Below are positions 24,881 through 40,094 of a stretch of 64,000 nucleotides of DNA, in pieces. The stretch is from Felis catus. Taxonomy: Eukaryota. The notes under the pieces were generated by a model, which worked only from the letters and a program-made list of their open reading frames with translations, was not told the origin of the DNA and made no database searches. Numbering within the stretch: the stretch's first letter is position 1; every line of letters starts with the position of its first letter. The stretch is from positions 147,314,001-147,378,000 of the forward strand of contig NC_058368.1 of NCBI RefSeq assembly GCF_018350175.1, in the 5' to 3' direction. The translations under genes were made by a program, and so were the position numbers.

Positions 24881-27330
24881 GGAGATATAAACAAAAATTC
24901 TGAGAAGAGTATTGGAAACTTGGTCTAGAAGCCATATAAACTTGAAAACACTCTATATTGCAAGCTCTCTAAAGTCAGAATCATTTCAACTTAGCAAATT
25001 CTCTCCCCTGTACCAAAGATCAGTACCTGGCATACAGTCAACAGTTTCCAAATAAAGATCAGGTGGGAGACAGGGGTTGGAAATGTATTTAAAATGTCAG
25101 AAACCTAACAGTGTTTTGGTGCTAATGAAAAGCAGCTACTATAAAGAAGAGGTTAAAGATACAGTAGAGAAGGAATACTCAGAAGGTTAGGGAGTGTGAA
25201 AAAACATGACTGATGAGCCTCAGAAAAAAGATCGACAGAAAACACTGAGGGCTCAGTTGAGTTTGAAAACAAGAATTGATAGCGGCAATAAGTACCCAAT
25301 GAGATATCTGCTTCTAGGTCAATGCCTGGATGTGGGCTACAGGTAGAGGACCAATCCAGGTTTGTTGTTTTGTCACATAGGTATAGCGATGGCCAACGGA
25401 GCAAAACGAGTGACACCTGGCTGCTTTTGATTTTTTGAAAAATACATAAGATAACTTACTGAATTTTATACGCTAAGATAATATTTTTAATTATGCAAAA
25501 ATTATAGACCCTGTGAATTGTTCTTTCAGATATTTCTGTTGTTCAGTTGACAGCAAAGGACAAACTAAAAGATAGAATTTTGTTGCTGTATGTAAATAAC
25601 ACAGTACATCATGACGGTAACACTTAGCCCATCAATCCTTGTCAAGAACACAAACTCACACCGACTATAAAAACAATCAGGTGATACAAAGAGGATCACA
25701 TTTAGTGCCATGTCTAACTATGGAAGTTTCACATTGCCTTCTTATTCAGATCTTAAATTGTCAGTTCTGCCTCTTCTTAATGTAAAGCTGCTCAGCCACC
25801 ATATAAAAATAACTTCCAACGAAAACCAGTCGAAAACAACCCGGCAAACTTGATCACTTACTAAAAAATGGGGACCAAAAGAAAGAACAGAACATTTGTT
25901 AATCACTGGATAACCCATTTTATCATTTTTTTTTCAGGCAGAAAGGATATGTTACAGTAAAATGGCATAAAAAATTTTTAAGTCTAATTTGTGTTTTATT
26001 TAGAATTTGTTTGAAACAGTCACAATTTAAGACAGCAGTAGAAAGACAGTTTCCAACTATAGCAGGGAAAAGCTGAAGGAATATCTTTCACTGTTTTAAG
26101 TACAGCCCCAACTATTTATTGCCAGATGTTTAAAGTAGTCAATCATGTCATTACATAACGTGTTTATAAACTTGCGCACTAAACCTGACTACATATGTTT
26201 ATACATTTGGAGGCTGGAATAAAAAAAAATCACAAAGATTAAAACTAGTCTTCTTCCAGCTAAAAATAACCAATAGACACTTATCTAATTTATGGAATGG
26301 ACATCATATTTTAAAAGTCAGATTTAGATCTTGTTTAATTTTTGTATAAAGTGAATGATTTGTATAAAGTGAATATATATTCACCTTTTATAGCAATATT
26401 TTCACAAGAAAGTAACACTTTATAAAATAGTTGCTGAATGCTCTAGTTCCATATAATGTATACATTCTCAGAATTTAAATCTTTGTATTCACCGCCAACG
26501 GTCTTAGGAAGCAGAAACATAAATGACTTGGTTAGGCCACTGTCAGTAGACATGCTTACTAATCAACATGAGAACATATTAGCTCTGTAATTATTTTAAC
26601 AAACATGGAATATCTTATTCAGATTTAATGACTATATGGCCATTGTGCTTTTTTAATGCAAGGCAGTTCCTGATAAGAAAAGACAGCTGAGCAATTAACT
26701 CAGTGGAAATCAGAAATTATGGGTGTTCTTGCTATCTTCTTGGTTTTCAACAGGTATCAGGCTATTGCTGTTAGCACTCCAATTTGCATCTTTATAGGGA
26801 ACAGCCTGATTGTAATGACAGAAGCAAAGTGCCCTTTCTTTAGGTGTTCCAGCTGCCTTAATGGAACTCCATTCAGAATATTAGTGCTTTTATACTGAAA
26901 AGACCAGGGAAATACTTAGGAAGCTGGACTACGTTACTCTTCCAGCCTACCAAATAGAAATGTGACTTGCTAAAAGGTAACTATTTGGCACAGAAATGGA
27001 CAAATGAGAGAACTTGAACACATTAAAAAAAGAAAAAAAAAAAAAAAACCTTTGCCTCTATTCTATCAATAGTCTCGATTCTGCATTGGTATCCTTCTTG
27101 TCCTTGTTTTTGTGATCATTTGATACACACCAGCTTCTTCCCAATCCCTGATCGAGCCCTGACCTGAAAGTGAGGACTCAGAACCCAGCATCAGCTTATG
27201 ACTGTTATTAGTGAAGCTCTGACCTTATTTGTCTTTCCCTTTTCTCATTGGTTTAATTACTGTCGATGCAATTTTATTAGTGACTCTCAAACATGGGTCA
27301 TATAAGTGCAGTTTAGAATAATCTTGGATA

Positions 27331-27560
27331 TGGGTGCCTGGGGGGCTAAGTTGGTTATGGCATCTGAGTTTGGCTCAGCTCATGGTCTCACGGTTCATGA
27401 GTTCAAGCCCCATGTGAGGCTCTGTACTGAGAGTCCAGAGTCTGGAGCCTATTTCGGATTCTGTGTCTCCCTCTCTCTCTCTGCCCCTCTCCCTCTCATG
27501 CTCTGTCTCTCTCTCTCTCTCGCCCTCTCAAAAATAAATATTTAAAAAATATTCAAAAAC
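27331..27560 (+). mobile_element. Can-SINE
   Basis: TSD agaataa(tc/ct)ttggata at 27315-27330 and 27561-27576. Confidence 0.92.
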
Positions 27561-27829
27561 AGAATAACTTTGGATAAAAGGCTTCATACTACATAAACTG
27601 TTGGGAAACACCCTGCCCCACATTCCCCATGTAGCTCCCTTTTGACATACCTGTCTTGTGGCATCATTATCCATAGGATAGATCTAAAGAAATCACGCAA
27701 CCTCTTCCTGAAAAAAATTTTCTGATACAAATTATCTGCTTGCTCAAATTTCCAAATTTCATATACTCTTGGAATCTGCTACTCCATCACTTGGCTGATC
27801 TATTAGAACACTTTATTATTTTTTTTAGT

Positions 27830-28075
27830 AATGTTAGTTAATATTTTTGTGGCTTAACTATGTGCTGAACATTATACTAAGTGCTTTATGAGTATTAATC
27901 TCATTAAATCCTTATAATACTCCTATCAGAAACTTTGCTGATATTAATAAGAAAACTCATTTTACATATGAAAGAATGGAAATTTACTAAAGTTGCAGAA
28001 TTTACCAAAAGGTATAGAATAACATTGGCAAAGGGAGATTTACACACAGGCAGCATGGCTTCAGAAACAAGAAAC
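27830..28075 (-). mobile_element. MIR SINE, degraded
   Basis: ctatgtgctgaacattatactaagtgcttt...ctcattaaatccttata...catttta, reverse-complement MIR. Confidence 0.65.
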
Positions 28076-29339
28076 TATGCATGTTTGGATGCTTTCCCTT
28101 GCCCCTATTCTCCTTCATCTTCTCTCTTCACCTCTTCAAGCTCTTCACCTTCTTCAAGTTCTTTTTGTTCTATGACTGGGGGTCAATTATTTAGTATTGT
28201 TGTGCATTGCCCACCTTTCATCCTTCAGATAACTTCAGTCTTTTGGTAGAATCCACCCATCACCTGCATTTCTGATCCTCCTTTGGTTTAAAACGGAACA
28301 ATTCTGGATTCCAGTCTGCAGTTAACTAGCTATGTCCCTTACAATGAACTTTCTCCCCCATGTGGACAATGCTAACCACAGCTGCAAAGCAATGGCAGGC
28401 CTTTGATATCAGGCCAGATGCTAGAATAGACCACGATGCAAAAATATGCTATGTTGATATAATGATTCCTTGATGATATATCTATTCCTTAACATATAAA
28501 TTATTTTTAATTAGGTAAGTCTCTAGAGCCTGAGTATTATAAAATAAATTCATCTATTCCTCCCAATCTTATTTGGAAAATTATGTAGATGACCAAAGTA
28601 TTTGCATCATTGTTTGAGTCAAGGATAGCAAATCCTAGAATAAGCTCTGATCCAGGGTAGACTCAGCACATATCCGGGGAAAGAGTTTCATACATATATT
28701 AAAATGAACTTATATAATACATGCTCTCTTATAAAAAAAATTCAATGGTGACAATCACAGGAGCATAACAAAATACCTGTGACAGAAATACAGCTTTTGG
28801 AAGCCTAAGGTAGAACAGCTCAGTAATAATTTGGCTAGAAAGAGTTCGCTGTTCCTCCTCTTGAAAGGCAGCTGTAGATTAATAAAGCACTAAACTGGAG
28901 ATTTAGGAATAACAAACGACTTTTGGACTAAGTGCCTTATTACTGCTTCTTTTCAGTTGTGAAGGATACTTTAAGCAACAGAGTAAGATGTGCATTTTCT
29001 GTGTGTAACATCAATCCTCTTTGAAGCCATGTTGTGCTTACAAAGATAAGATTATAACCAACTTCCATAAAAGAATAAAATGAGTCACTGCAAACTTTAG
29101 TGTAAAAGCATACAGATTTAAAGTAACATGGTGAGCAATTCAGAAATTGATATCACTATCATCCTAATAATATGGTCTGTATTCCACACAAGGCTACTCG
29201 GAACCCAAAGGTTTTGTTTTTTTGTTTCTTTGTTTTTCTCTCTTAGGGTTTATGATAACAATAAATACAAAACTTCGGTTTTACTGAGCATGTACTATGA
29301 TCCAAGCACTTTTATTTCTATAAAAAAAATTAATCACCT

Positions 29340-30960
29340 ATAGTTGAGGAAACTGGATAGCCACATGCAAAAGAATAAAACTGAACTATTTACAACATAC
29401 ACAAAAATCAACTCAAAATGAATTAAGGACTGGAGTGTAAGATCTGAGGCCATAAAACTCCTAGGAGAAAACATGGTGGGGGGGGGGGGTCAGCTCTTGG
29501 CATCAGTCCTGGGATTTTTTTGGGGGGATTTTATACCAAAAGCAAAGGCCAAAAAGTGAAAATAAACAAGTGGGACTACATCAAATTAAAAAGCTTCTGC
29601 ATAGGAAAGGAAACCATAAACAAAATGAAAAGGCAACCTACAGAAGAATATTTGTAAGTCATACATATGATTAAAGATTAGTATCAAAATGTATAAAGAA
29701 CTAACATAATTCAATAGCAAACACATAATCTGATGAAAAACAGGTGGAGGATCTGGGGCACCTGGGTAGCTCAGTCAGTTAGGCATCCAACTCTTGATCT
29801 CGGCTCAGATAATGATCTCATGGTTCATGAGATCAAGACCCCTGTCAGACTCTGCACTAAAAGTGGGGAGCCTGCTCGAGATTCTCTCTCCCTCTCTCTC
29901 TGCCCCTCTCCCATGCATGCACACAGGCATGTGCTCTTGCTCTTTCTCTCAAAATATATAAACTTAAAAAAAAATAGGTAGAAGATCTGAATAGACATTT
30001 TTCCAAAGAAGACATACAAATGGCCAACAGGAACATAGAAAGATACTCAATATTCCCAATAGTCAGGGAAATTCAAACAAAACCAAAATGAGATATCACT
30101 TCACACCTGTTAGAATGTCTAATGACAAAAGACAAAATATGCCATGTGCTGGTGAGGATGTGGAAAAAAAGGAAAACCTTTTATAATGTTGGTAGGAATA
30201 GTGTTCCAGCCACCACAGAAAACAGTATGGAGGTTCTTCAAAAAATCAAAAATAGAACTACCATATGATGCACCAATTCTACTTCTGGGTATATATCCAA
30301 AGGAAATGAAAACAGGATCTCAAAGATATCTGCTCTCCCATGTTCACTGCAGCATAATTCACAAGATCCAAGACATGGGAACAAACCAAATGTCTGTCAA
30401 TGAATAAATGGATGAAGAATATGTGGTGCATTATATGAAACAGAGGCTTGTTCAACCATGAGAAAGAATATCCTGATTTTTGCAACAACATGAATGTACC
30501 TGGAGGGCACTATGCTAAGTGAAATAAGTCAGACAGAGAAAGACAAATACTGTACTTCATCACTTAATATGTGGAATCTTAAAGAGCCGAATGCATAGAA
30601 ACAGAAACTAGAATGGTGGTTACCAAGGGCTGGGGGTGGGGGGTGGGGGAGGATGTGAGGAGACGTTGGTCAGAGGGTACAAGCTTCCGGTAAAGAGACA
30701 AATAAATTCTGAGGATCTAATGTATAGCACTGTGATCCTTGTTAATAACAATGTATTATATACTTCAAAGCTGCTAAGAAAACAAATTTTGAATGTTCTC
30801 ACCACAAAAAAAGAAATGGTAATTATGTGACATGATGGTTAGCTAAAGCTATGGTGGTATCATTTTGCAATATATAATTGTATCAAATCAACATGCCTTA
30901 CAGCTTAAATTTACTCAATGTTATATGTCAGTTATATCTCCATAGGGCTGGAAAAGAAAA
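29340..30960 (+). mobile_element. L1 (L1MA9-like) 3' portion: ORF2 C-terminus and 3'UTR
   Basis: aactggatagccacatgcaaaagaat, tgggactacatcaaattaaaaagcttctgc; translation KTVWRFFKKSKIELPYDAPILLLGIYPKEMK; L1MA-type 3'UTR. Confidence 0.92.
29755..29969 (+). mobile_element. Can-SINE nested in the L1
   Basis: Imperfect TSD aaaaacaggtggaggatct / aaaaataggtagaagatct; L1 sequence resumes after it. Confidence 0.92.
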
Positions 30961-31039
30961 GTAAAAAGTAAAACGTGTTTATTCATTGTAAACAACTCAG
31001 ATAACATAGTAGTAAAGCCAAAAGCACATAGTTCTCTCT

Positions 31040-31660
31040 GCTCCCACCCCTAAGCTATAATCATGACTAATTTTAATACATCCCACAAAACTTCTTCTCT
31101 GTTTAGCTCTGCTCATTTTAATCTCATATTTTTTAACTATAAAAGAAATGAGGGCATATTTTTTTTCAGTTAGAAAATCATTACATGGGTTTAAAATACC
31201 CACCTTCTTTGATTCTGATTCTTGAACCCTAGAAGTAGCCACTGTTAGCTCTTTTTTATCTTTGCTGAAATTTACAAACACTCTCTCTCTAATATTTGTT
31301 TTACACAAATTGACAGAAATGGCATGTTTTTCCATACCTCATTTGTACTGCTTTACAACACATTTCAGAGACTGTCAGCATAAAGACACTTCATTCTGCT
31401 TAGCAAATCCATGGTATCAAATATATGAGTATGGCATAATTTTATATGCAGTTCCATACCATAGGATATTTAGGAGTTTTCAAATTTTTCCTGTTACAAT
31501 TATGAACTGATCACTATTGTACCAACACATTTGTGAACTTTTACTTGCACTGGAAATAAAACTTTAGAAATGGACATATGCTTCAAAAATTTATTGATAA
31601 TGCCTAATAGTCTTCCAAAAATATTATCGCAATTTTGAATACCACTAATTGTATACTGCC
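31040..31660 (-). mobile_element. Very old L1 (L1ME-like) fragment
   Basis: ccctagaagtagccactgttag and ggatatttaggagttttcaaatttttc motifs. Confidence 0.55.
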
Positions 31661-34199
31661 TTCATTACGGTTGGGAGCATTTGGCCAGGACTGTTTCCAA
31701 ATTAACTTACATTATTATAAGCAATATGTAAGCAAATTTCCTTACAGTATTGTAAGCAAAAATACATATGATTTCTGTTCCTCTTTAACGAAAGCAGTTT
31801 AGAATGTTGGTTCCAACAAGTAAAAAACCTCTCAGTTCTTGTCACCTGGGAAGGAAGATAAAGGATGATCTGCTTAACTGCATAACTAATCCAAAAGATA
31901 TACAAATTTGAAGGCTCTTAAAGCTTAAATTCTCTTCTGAGTGTGGGCCACAATGTTAGTGTGATGGTTGGCAATTTTCCCACATCTGCGGTTGGGAAAC
32001 TCAAGAGACATGTCAGTAGACACTAAATCGTCTCCAGAGGACCTGCCTGCCATCCTGTCCCCTTCTCCCACATCATAAGCTTGGAAGACTCTTTACTGGA
32101 GATCATTAGAATTTGGAAGCATGGAGTCAACACACAGATGCTGCTGGATCATATCAAAATCCTTTGTTAAATGGAAGAAAAAGAGGACATACTCTACGAT
32201 CTCTCTCTGCAGTCAAAGAAAGAGGGAGAAAGATCTAGAAATCAACAGTAGCTATCTCTAGATAGGGAGGTTAAGGGAGTATTTAAACAGTTGTCACTGT
32301 GTTTATCTTTATTTTGTAATGTTTCCTAGAATTATATACCCTGCTTTTTTGTAATAAGAAAAAACTTAATTAAAAAACTCACAACATTTAAAAATCCAAT
32401 TAGCAGTGAGGTAGAAACAGAAACGATAACTACCAAGGTTGAATTGAAAGAAACAGAGGTTAGTGAGCATTATGATGGGCCATGAATGTTTAATGTTTAC
32501 TTAATGCAAGGAATACTAAAAATGCGATTGTAGGAATCCAGCCTGAGCTCATCATATAACACATCACAGCTGTGAACTTTCAAGGTTTATCATAGTTGCT
32601 AAACTCATGAGCTTGAGGATATATAGATACTTGTCAGTGTATGCTGATATTGTTTGCTTATTTTATGTGGTGTTCTTTGTCAGTTGGAACATCTCTTTGA
32701 TAAAATTAATGCATAATTCAAATCTAATTCATTTCTTATTTTGGTTGATATATTTCCTTAAAAATTTATCTATTGTATTTAATTTTTATTTTATTTATAA
32801 ATTAATAACACCAACAACTATAAAAGCTAATTCTTAAGCCCTAATTATATACCAAGAATTGTTCTAGTCACTTTATAGATACTATTTCATATAAAATTCA
32901 TAGGAACCATATGACATACTATTTTCATTTTGGTGAAAAAAATAGTTAATAAGAAGTAAAGTTATATAACTTGCTCCAGATTCCTCATTTAATGAGTAAT
33001 GCCATCTATATTCAACTCCGTACAATCTAATTTCTTATTCTCTGACCTAGAATCTGACAGAATGAATGAAGTCATATCTATGGAGTAGGCAGAAATGAAA
33101 ACATTATAGAAATATAAGTAATGGTCTGGATCACTAACACAGCCCAATCCTGAAGAAATATCTTACTCATTCATCCAATTCTTGATTCATTTAAAAACAA
33201 TTTATTGTGCTTCTACCAGATCCAAGGCACAAGGCTAATTAGTGTGAGTTAAACTACAAACTTATGACACAGTTCTGGGGTACCTAATTTATTTCTCAGA
33301 TTTCATCTAGACAACTTAAGATTAATCTTTTCTGGGTTTTCCAAAAGAAGAGCAACAGACAAAATTGACTCTATTTGAAGATATCATGTTATTACTGTGA
33401 ACTTTAATGTGGAGTTAAAATACCCCCTTAACTGTCCCTTTAAAAAAAAAAAAGGACTTAGTTTATTACAGAAAGAAAACTAATGCTGATGTTCAGAGGA
33501 TCTCTCATGAATGATTTATGCACCCTTGATTTTCCCTATGAAGCCACTAGTTATTGATATGTTGTAAGTTTGTAAGCTACTGAGATTTAGTTTACCTGTT
33601 GAGAGAGAATCTATTTTATTATGTTCATTTCAAATCCCTTATCTAGTTTTTCACTTTGATTAATAAAATTATGTCTCATACTTTTTAAAGTAATTACTTA
33701 ATTACTAAATCAGCTACATTCTAATACTATGGGGAATGGAATTCCATTTTAGTAACTTTATTGGCATGATAAAATCTAGGAGCATTTCCAGGGTCAGTAT
33801 AAAAACTCTTCAGGCAGGATGACATAATTCACAGCAGTCAAAGGAATTATAGACCAAACCCTCAATTGGAGAAAGATTCAGATTTGCTACCACTATATTC
33901 TCTGAATATTTTCTTGGAGCTTTTCTTCTTCTTGACTTAAATTTTTCAAAATTTTAGTTTTATTCTTTAACCAAAAAAAAAAAATAAAAAAGAAAATCGG
34001 GAACTACTCACAATTCATCTTCTATAAAGGCATGGAATTAAAACTTCAAGAAGCACCCAAGTTTGTGGCAATAACACTTCATGGGGTGGCTTCAGAGAGG
34101 GCAGTGGCTGTGCCTCTGTGTCTCTACAGCTCTCCGGGCTTTGCTCGTCTCGAGTGTCTAATGAGCTCTCAAAAGGGTTTCTCATATACTGCCAAAAAG

Positions 34200-34350
34200 A
34201 CGTCACTTAACCTCTATGTGCCTGTTACCACATGTGTAAAATGAAGATAATAATGGTAACTATCTGATCAGGCTGTGCTGAGAATTAAATCAGTTAATAT
34301 TCATAAAATTCTTAGAAAAATATCTAGCACATAATAAGTACTACGTGTTA
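34200..34350 (+). mobile_element. MIR SINE
   Basis: cacttaacctctatgtgcct...tgtaaaatgaagataataat...gagaattaaat MIR core. Confidence 0.8.
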
Positions 34351-35191
34351 AATAAATAGACCCATAAAATCTACTTAAAAGGTGAGACACAGCATTGCCA
34401 CAGTGCCCTGAAAGTTCTCAACCACACACTCTTTGTTTTACAATTACCTACTAATGCAAGCTCCAAGCCTTGCCTTTCTAGTGGCTTCCCATGGTAGCAG
34501 TCCCACGGCACTGCCTTCTTGCATGCTTCTAGATAGATGTGACCACCCATCTTCTTGTATTTCTGGGTCTTTATCATATGAGAAGAGGTTACGCCACCAT
34601 GTTTCATACCTGTACAATTATTCCTTGTTTGTAATCTTAATACTACTTAATATTCTTCCCAGTATGCACAAGTATACTTTAGGTTTAAAAGACGTCCAAG
34701 AGCTTGACAAGTAGAGATGAACTGACCTATTTGTCCAGTCTTTGTATGTCTGTTGATTTTGATGCACATCTGCTTTTCCTCAGAATGCTATATTTCTGAT
34801 TTAAACTGTGCTATTTGAATCTGAACATCCTAAAATATTTTAGAATCATTTTTACCATCCAACACGTAACCTCTCTATATTCACCATTTTCCAACAATAT
34901 GCTGGCCCAATTTTCCAACTATTGAGAGATTACTTTCAGTAACATGTGAAGGAATATCTTACAGATTTATTTTAAAATGCACTAGAAAAAATAAAACCAG
35001 CATATGAAATCCATGTTATGGATATTATTGCTAACTTCATTTGAGGAAAATGTGAAATGATTTAAGGAAATATTAAATAATTTTACATAACAATGGGGCA
35101 AATAAATATAGTAAACATCCTTGCCATCATAACAAATGACTGATTTTTGGAAACACTATACACCAATGAAAATCAACATCCACAGGAACAA

Positions 35192-35192
<1 letters not shown>

Positions 35193-35237
<45 letters not shown>

Positions 35238-35238
35238 A
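35193..35238. repeat. (CA)n microsatellite
   Basis: Long ca run. Confidence 0.97.
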
Positions 35239-38200
35239 TAAAGAGGAAGATCTTCAAGCACACTAGTCATCAGAATGGTAATGACAAAGAATTTATTGCA
35301 TTTTGTAGCAATTTAATTCTCCTAGCACATGCTCACAAATGCATATTTCTTTTCAATCTCACAAAATAATCCTTTGACTTAGTATATAGATCATATCCAT
35401 AGAATTTCAGACATAAAGAAGACCCCAGAGGCATGTAATCTACCCCCATGTTCTTTAAACGAATTAAGGGAGGTCTAGAGACACACTGATATGCCCAGCT
35501 AATGAGTGGCACATTGGGATTGGAATCTTAATCTCCTGAACGCCTAATCAGTGCTTTTTGTTTTCTGTTTTTGTTTTTTAACCACACCACACCACCTACT
35601 CCACAGTTATAATTCTTTCAAGGGTGGAAAATTGAGTCTCTAGTGCTAATGAACGACTAGAAAACCCAGTTTGAATAAATCAAGCCCCATGCTGTTTCTA
35701 CTCTCTACTTAGCCACTAAGATAAGGATGTAAGAAAATCCACTTTGCAGGTTTCATTCAGTAGAGCTTTCTTTTGGTCAAATGTGCAAAATAACTGATTG
35801 TCACAAAAGTCTTGCACCAGTTTTGATTTCCTACCTTAACCACTCATTTAAAATATAGTCTGTTCATTTAGCAGCACAAGAAAGCAATCAGAGGGATCTA
35901 CAGAGAATGTATTAACATATTCTTAGCAATCACTCTCAATTATGTATAACTTATAATTTGTTGGTTTCATTTACAAATTGAATTCCCACTGAATGTTTTC
36001 TCTCTTATCCCCACCTGAATTGATTTCAGTGTGTAATATCTGTTAGATATTAAAAGAACACTCTTAAAGTTCTTTATTTTTATTCCTAAGGCAATTTAAA
36101 GAAATGTAGAGGTGATAATCTAGAATACTTGCAGCTCTAATAAGTGATTAAGGAAGCATCATTATTCAAAGACAGTGGATATGAAAGAATTGCAACAACT
36201 AGACAAATATGTTAAGTGAGTCCCTAGAGGGAGGTAGTGAATGATTTTGACAAATGCATTTTCAAAACCAGAGATCTGATAGGTACAAAAGTAAAAGTAA
36301 ACCTTAAGCATCAACATTTTTCTTGTCAAATAGGACTATTAATACTAGCTCAGGGCCTCATTACGGCAAGACTGAACTACTTTTTATTCATTGGATTTAT
36401 ATATTTGCTGCAGGGAGTTTTCCTAGTTAACATTTTTCATGCATGAATATTTGGTAAGTTTTCCCCTTATATTAGTGGGATCTCATTTTCTTACTGCTCT
36501 GCATCTTTTAAAGCCAGCCACAACTCATCTGCTGTTTTCCTTTTAAGCACATGTCTGGGCCCCTACAGCCTGGTCCTCTGCCACCTCATCCTACTGTACA
36601 TCATCTCCTTTGTTGGGTGCTTATTCATATGTGTCTCTGTGCAAAACTTGTCATGTGCATAAAGTTATCCAGGGAATCCCCAAAGAAGAAATATGGCTCC
36701 CTAGTTCTAATCCAGTTTTGGAAGACTACAGTGTAAAAGCGTCACTAAAGTTACAGTCAGACAAATTCTAGAAAATATTTACATCCCCTTGCTTATAGAT
36801 TTTCGACATGAATTCAAGGTATGTCCTCAGAATTCTCAGCTCTGGTTGTTAATTCTCCCCATTTTCTTAATCTCTCACTGTGCTTCAATTACTCTTCTAT
36901 CATTTTGTAATCCTTTTCCTCATAATCTGCCAACACTAATTTATTTGCTTTTGATCTCTTTATTTTGTTTACTGCTATCTTCATTTCCTCTGTGGCATTA
37001 TTCTGCTGATATACCTCTTGACTTTACATAAAAGTCAAGTAAAATTGGTTTTACATAGCACATTCTAAGAATAAAAAAACTGAATCAGGTACCTTTTTAG
37101 CCATTTAAATTTTTTACACACAGTACCTATAAAAATTACAACTTTGTTATTCTCTAACCTTGGTCCATTACCACCACTAGTCTTAATCCTATTCTATAAA
37201 GTAAACCATTGTGTAAAGTAAGTTTCAAAATTAAAAAGCTCATGTCACTTTTTGCTTAATTAAAATTTTAATTATTTGCTATTTTATCTTAAAGAATCAT
37301 ATTTCTTTATAAAAATGTTACTATGCATTTACCTTCACCTTCAAATACGTAGTGACTAAAGTCATTAAGTGTGCAATTTGAAATATCTATATTGTACTTC
37401 TTAACATTTCATAAAATATAGTTCAGTATGACTATCACGATTTTTTCATCCATTAATTCATTCAATACGCTGTTCATAAGCACCTACCTGTGCCTCACAC
37501 AGTGAAATAGCAATTTACAACATCATAGGTGTTTTTCTACTATTTATACGGGGGCCTTGTAATACCTTTTACTTCTCAAAACTTTGAACAAAAATGAAAT
37601 CAAAACAGACTCTTTTAATGTAGAAATGAGTTTCAGTGCACAGAATGGAACCCCTAACTTTGAAAGTTAATTCACATTACCATGTAGTTATTAGAAACAA
37701 TGTATGCCCTTCTATTAGTACTAATGCTCTGAAGTACTGTCCCTGAAGACTCAACCTTTCAATGTCTTCATCAGTGTGACTAGAATCCTAATAATACCTG
37801 TTTATGTGTAGCATATTTCCCCAAATAACTGAAAGCAGTTATACAAATGTGTTTTCCCTTCAATGGCCCATATCAATGACAGTCTAGATGGTTGGCTCTA
37901 TTATATAGACAGAAAAGCTATATGCAAACACACCTAAAAGCAAACGTCTGTAAATGATCTTAAGGATGAACGGAGTTTGTGAAACAAGAGTGGATGGAAA
38001 GAGAAGGATCTGTGCAACAAATGCAAAAGAGTGGAAGCATAATATAACAGGGTGTGTGTCCCTCTTGTGGGTTTCACAGTGCATTTCATTCATTTAAACC
38101 GCTGCTTCTGGTACTAAATACAGCATATCCACTTGAGCATATGGATTGAGTCTATTTGTGTTTCTTGCATCAATCTTGGCACAAAATAGGGGCTCAAAAC

Positions 38201-38689
38201 TGATCTGGCCTTCTATAGAATCAGATGGGCAAAATTACTTCCTCAATGTCATAAACTTGCACAGAAATGGCTGAAAACTGATGTTGTTTTCATTCTTTTA
38301 ATGCAAATCAACATAGTGGGCATCTACCATGTGTCTCAAAGTATGTCAGGTGTAGGAATCACAGGAAAACTGTCTGATGCCCCCAGTAGTGAGAAAAGGA
38401 ACCATTAACATATCCGTGGGTCCACCGTTACTTCTTAGATGCCAACCTTATCTTGAAGAGAACGAAATTCTTCACAGAATGAAAACACAAAGTGTGGGCT
38501 GTCAGCGCATAACCCATTTGCCTTGCACAAGTGAGTTTGCATAAGTAAATGCAGATCAGCTGAATCCTCTCCGGAGGAGCAGGGATTCCCTGCCTTTCTC
38601 CCTATGTTCTCCTTAGCATTACTGATAGAAAGCGGCTAAAAATGGTCCCACCCAGGTTCCCTGCTGTTTTGGAGAACATGCAAAGGACA

Positions 38690-38900
38690 GTGTTGTACAA
38701 GTCAAGGGCTATTGCCTACAGGAGCCAGTTCAAACTCTTCCCATCCCAGTTCTACTACTTTTAGCCTTGTCACTTTAGTAAGACCCTCTCTGCCTCAGTT
38801 TCTTTTTCACTCTTAAATTGGGAGACTTAACTGGGACATCAGAATAATGTATATAAAGCAACTAGCACAGTTCCTGGTGCATAAAAGTTATTCAATAGTT
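38690..38900 (+). mobile_element. MIR SINE
   Basis: ctctctgcctcagtttc core and tatataaagcaactagcacagttcctgg tail. Confidence 0.7.
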
Positions 38901-40000
38901 ATAAATTCAATTCTTTCCTTCCCCTTTCGTGAAAGAAAAATTATTCAAATCCTGTGTTAGAATAAAGGTTAAGTCCAAGTCCCTTGAGTGAGAGGAAATA
39001 ATTTAAATATATGTGGAGTAATCACATCAAAAAAACTGTCTTAAGTGTTAGTAAACTCTATCAATAAAAGAAAACCTATAATTCCCCTAGAGAAGTTCCC
39101 CCAGCATCCCACCAACATGCTAAAAATTGTTTTCTTCTATTTTCTTTAAAACTCCTGCTATGTAGATTAGCATAAAGACTGCAATCTGCATTCTACTTAT
39201 GCATTCTTTATTTGTATGCAATTGTATTTACAGAGATTACTATCACCGTGTACTGCTAAACCTACAATGGCTGATGCTTTATGAACAGATTATGCTATAC
39301 TGTGCATATCTTAGAACTGTTCCTTTCTTTATTTGTAGTCAGAGCTACTACTAGTAGAACACTTTCGTGTTCGTAACACTGCCTGTCCGGTTTATTTGGG
39401 ATGGATGCTCGCTCTGGTCTGAAAGGAGCTTTGCCCCTCCCTAGTGCTCTACCTTGTTCTCCTTATTACTCCTGTGACCTGCTGCCCATAGCAAAATCAC
39501 AGGGCTGAAGCTTCTTTCAGATAGTTCTCCCATCGGCTCTGCTGACACCTGCTCTTTTCCAGCTTCTATTCCAAAATTGTTTGAATACTCTATTGCTGCC
39601 CTTTATCCCCTGATACTTAGGAATTCCATATTAAGATGAGCATTCTTTCATTGCCAGTGCACTGACACACACCAGTACTTAATCCCTGGGGTTCCTTTCC
39701 TGCTATTTAATATACCACTGCTCAAGAACTGATGCTATCCAGTTTTCAGAGAAGTCTGAAAGCTGCACATTTCTAATGCTTTATGGTGCTTGACGCTTTG
39801 GCCACAATGCTTTTGATCCTTCCCACGTGACTTGTATCACTGGAGGACAATGGCTGAGTGAGAGAAAGGCAAAATGTGTTTTTGTATTTTCGCTCTCTAT
39901 AAAATCCCTAGCAGAAAACTGTTTCCTTGTAATCAGGACTCATGTCCTTCTTGGTTCTTCCCTTTCCTTCACCTTTACTGAGTAGTAAGGGGTGTCATTT

Positions 40001-40053
40001 TTTTTTTTTTTGAAAGAGAGAGAGAGTGTGAGTTGGGAAAGGGGCAGATGAAG

Positions 40054-40094
<41 letters not shown>

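Noticed and set aside
30186..30407. L1 ORF2-like ORF
   Set aside because: Short remnant of a truncated, SINE-interrupted, frameshifted L1; not functional.
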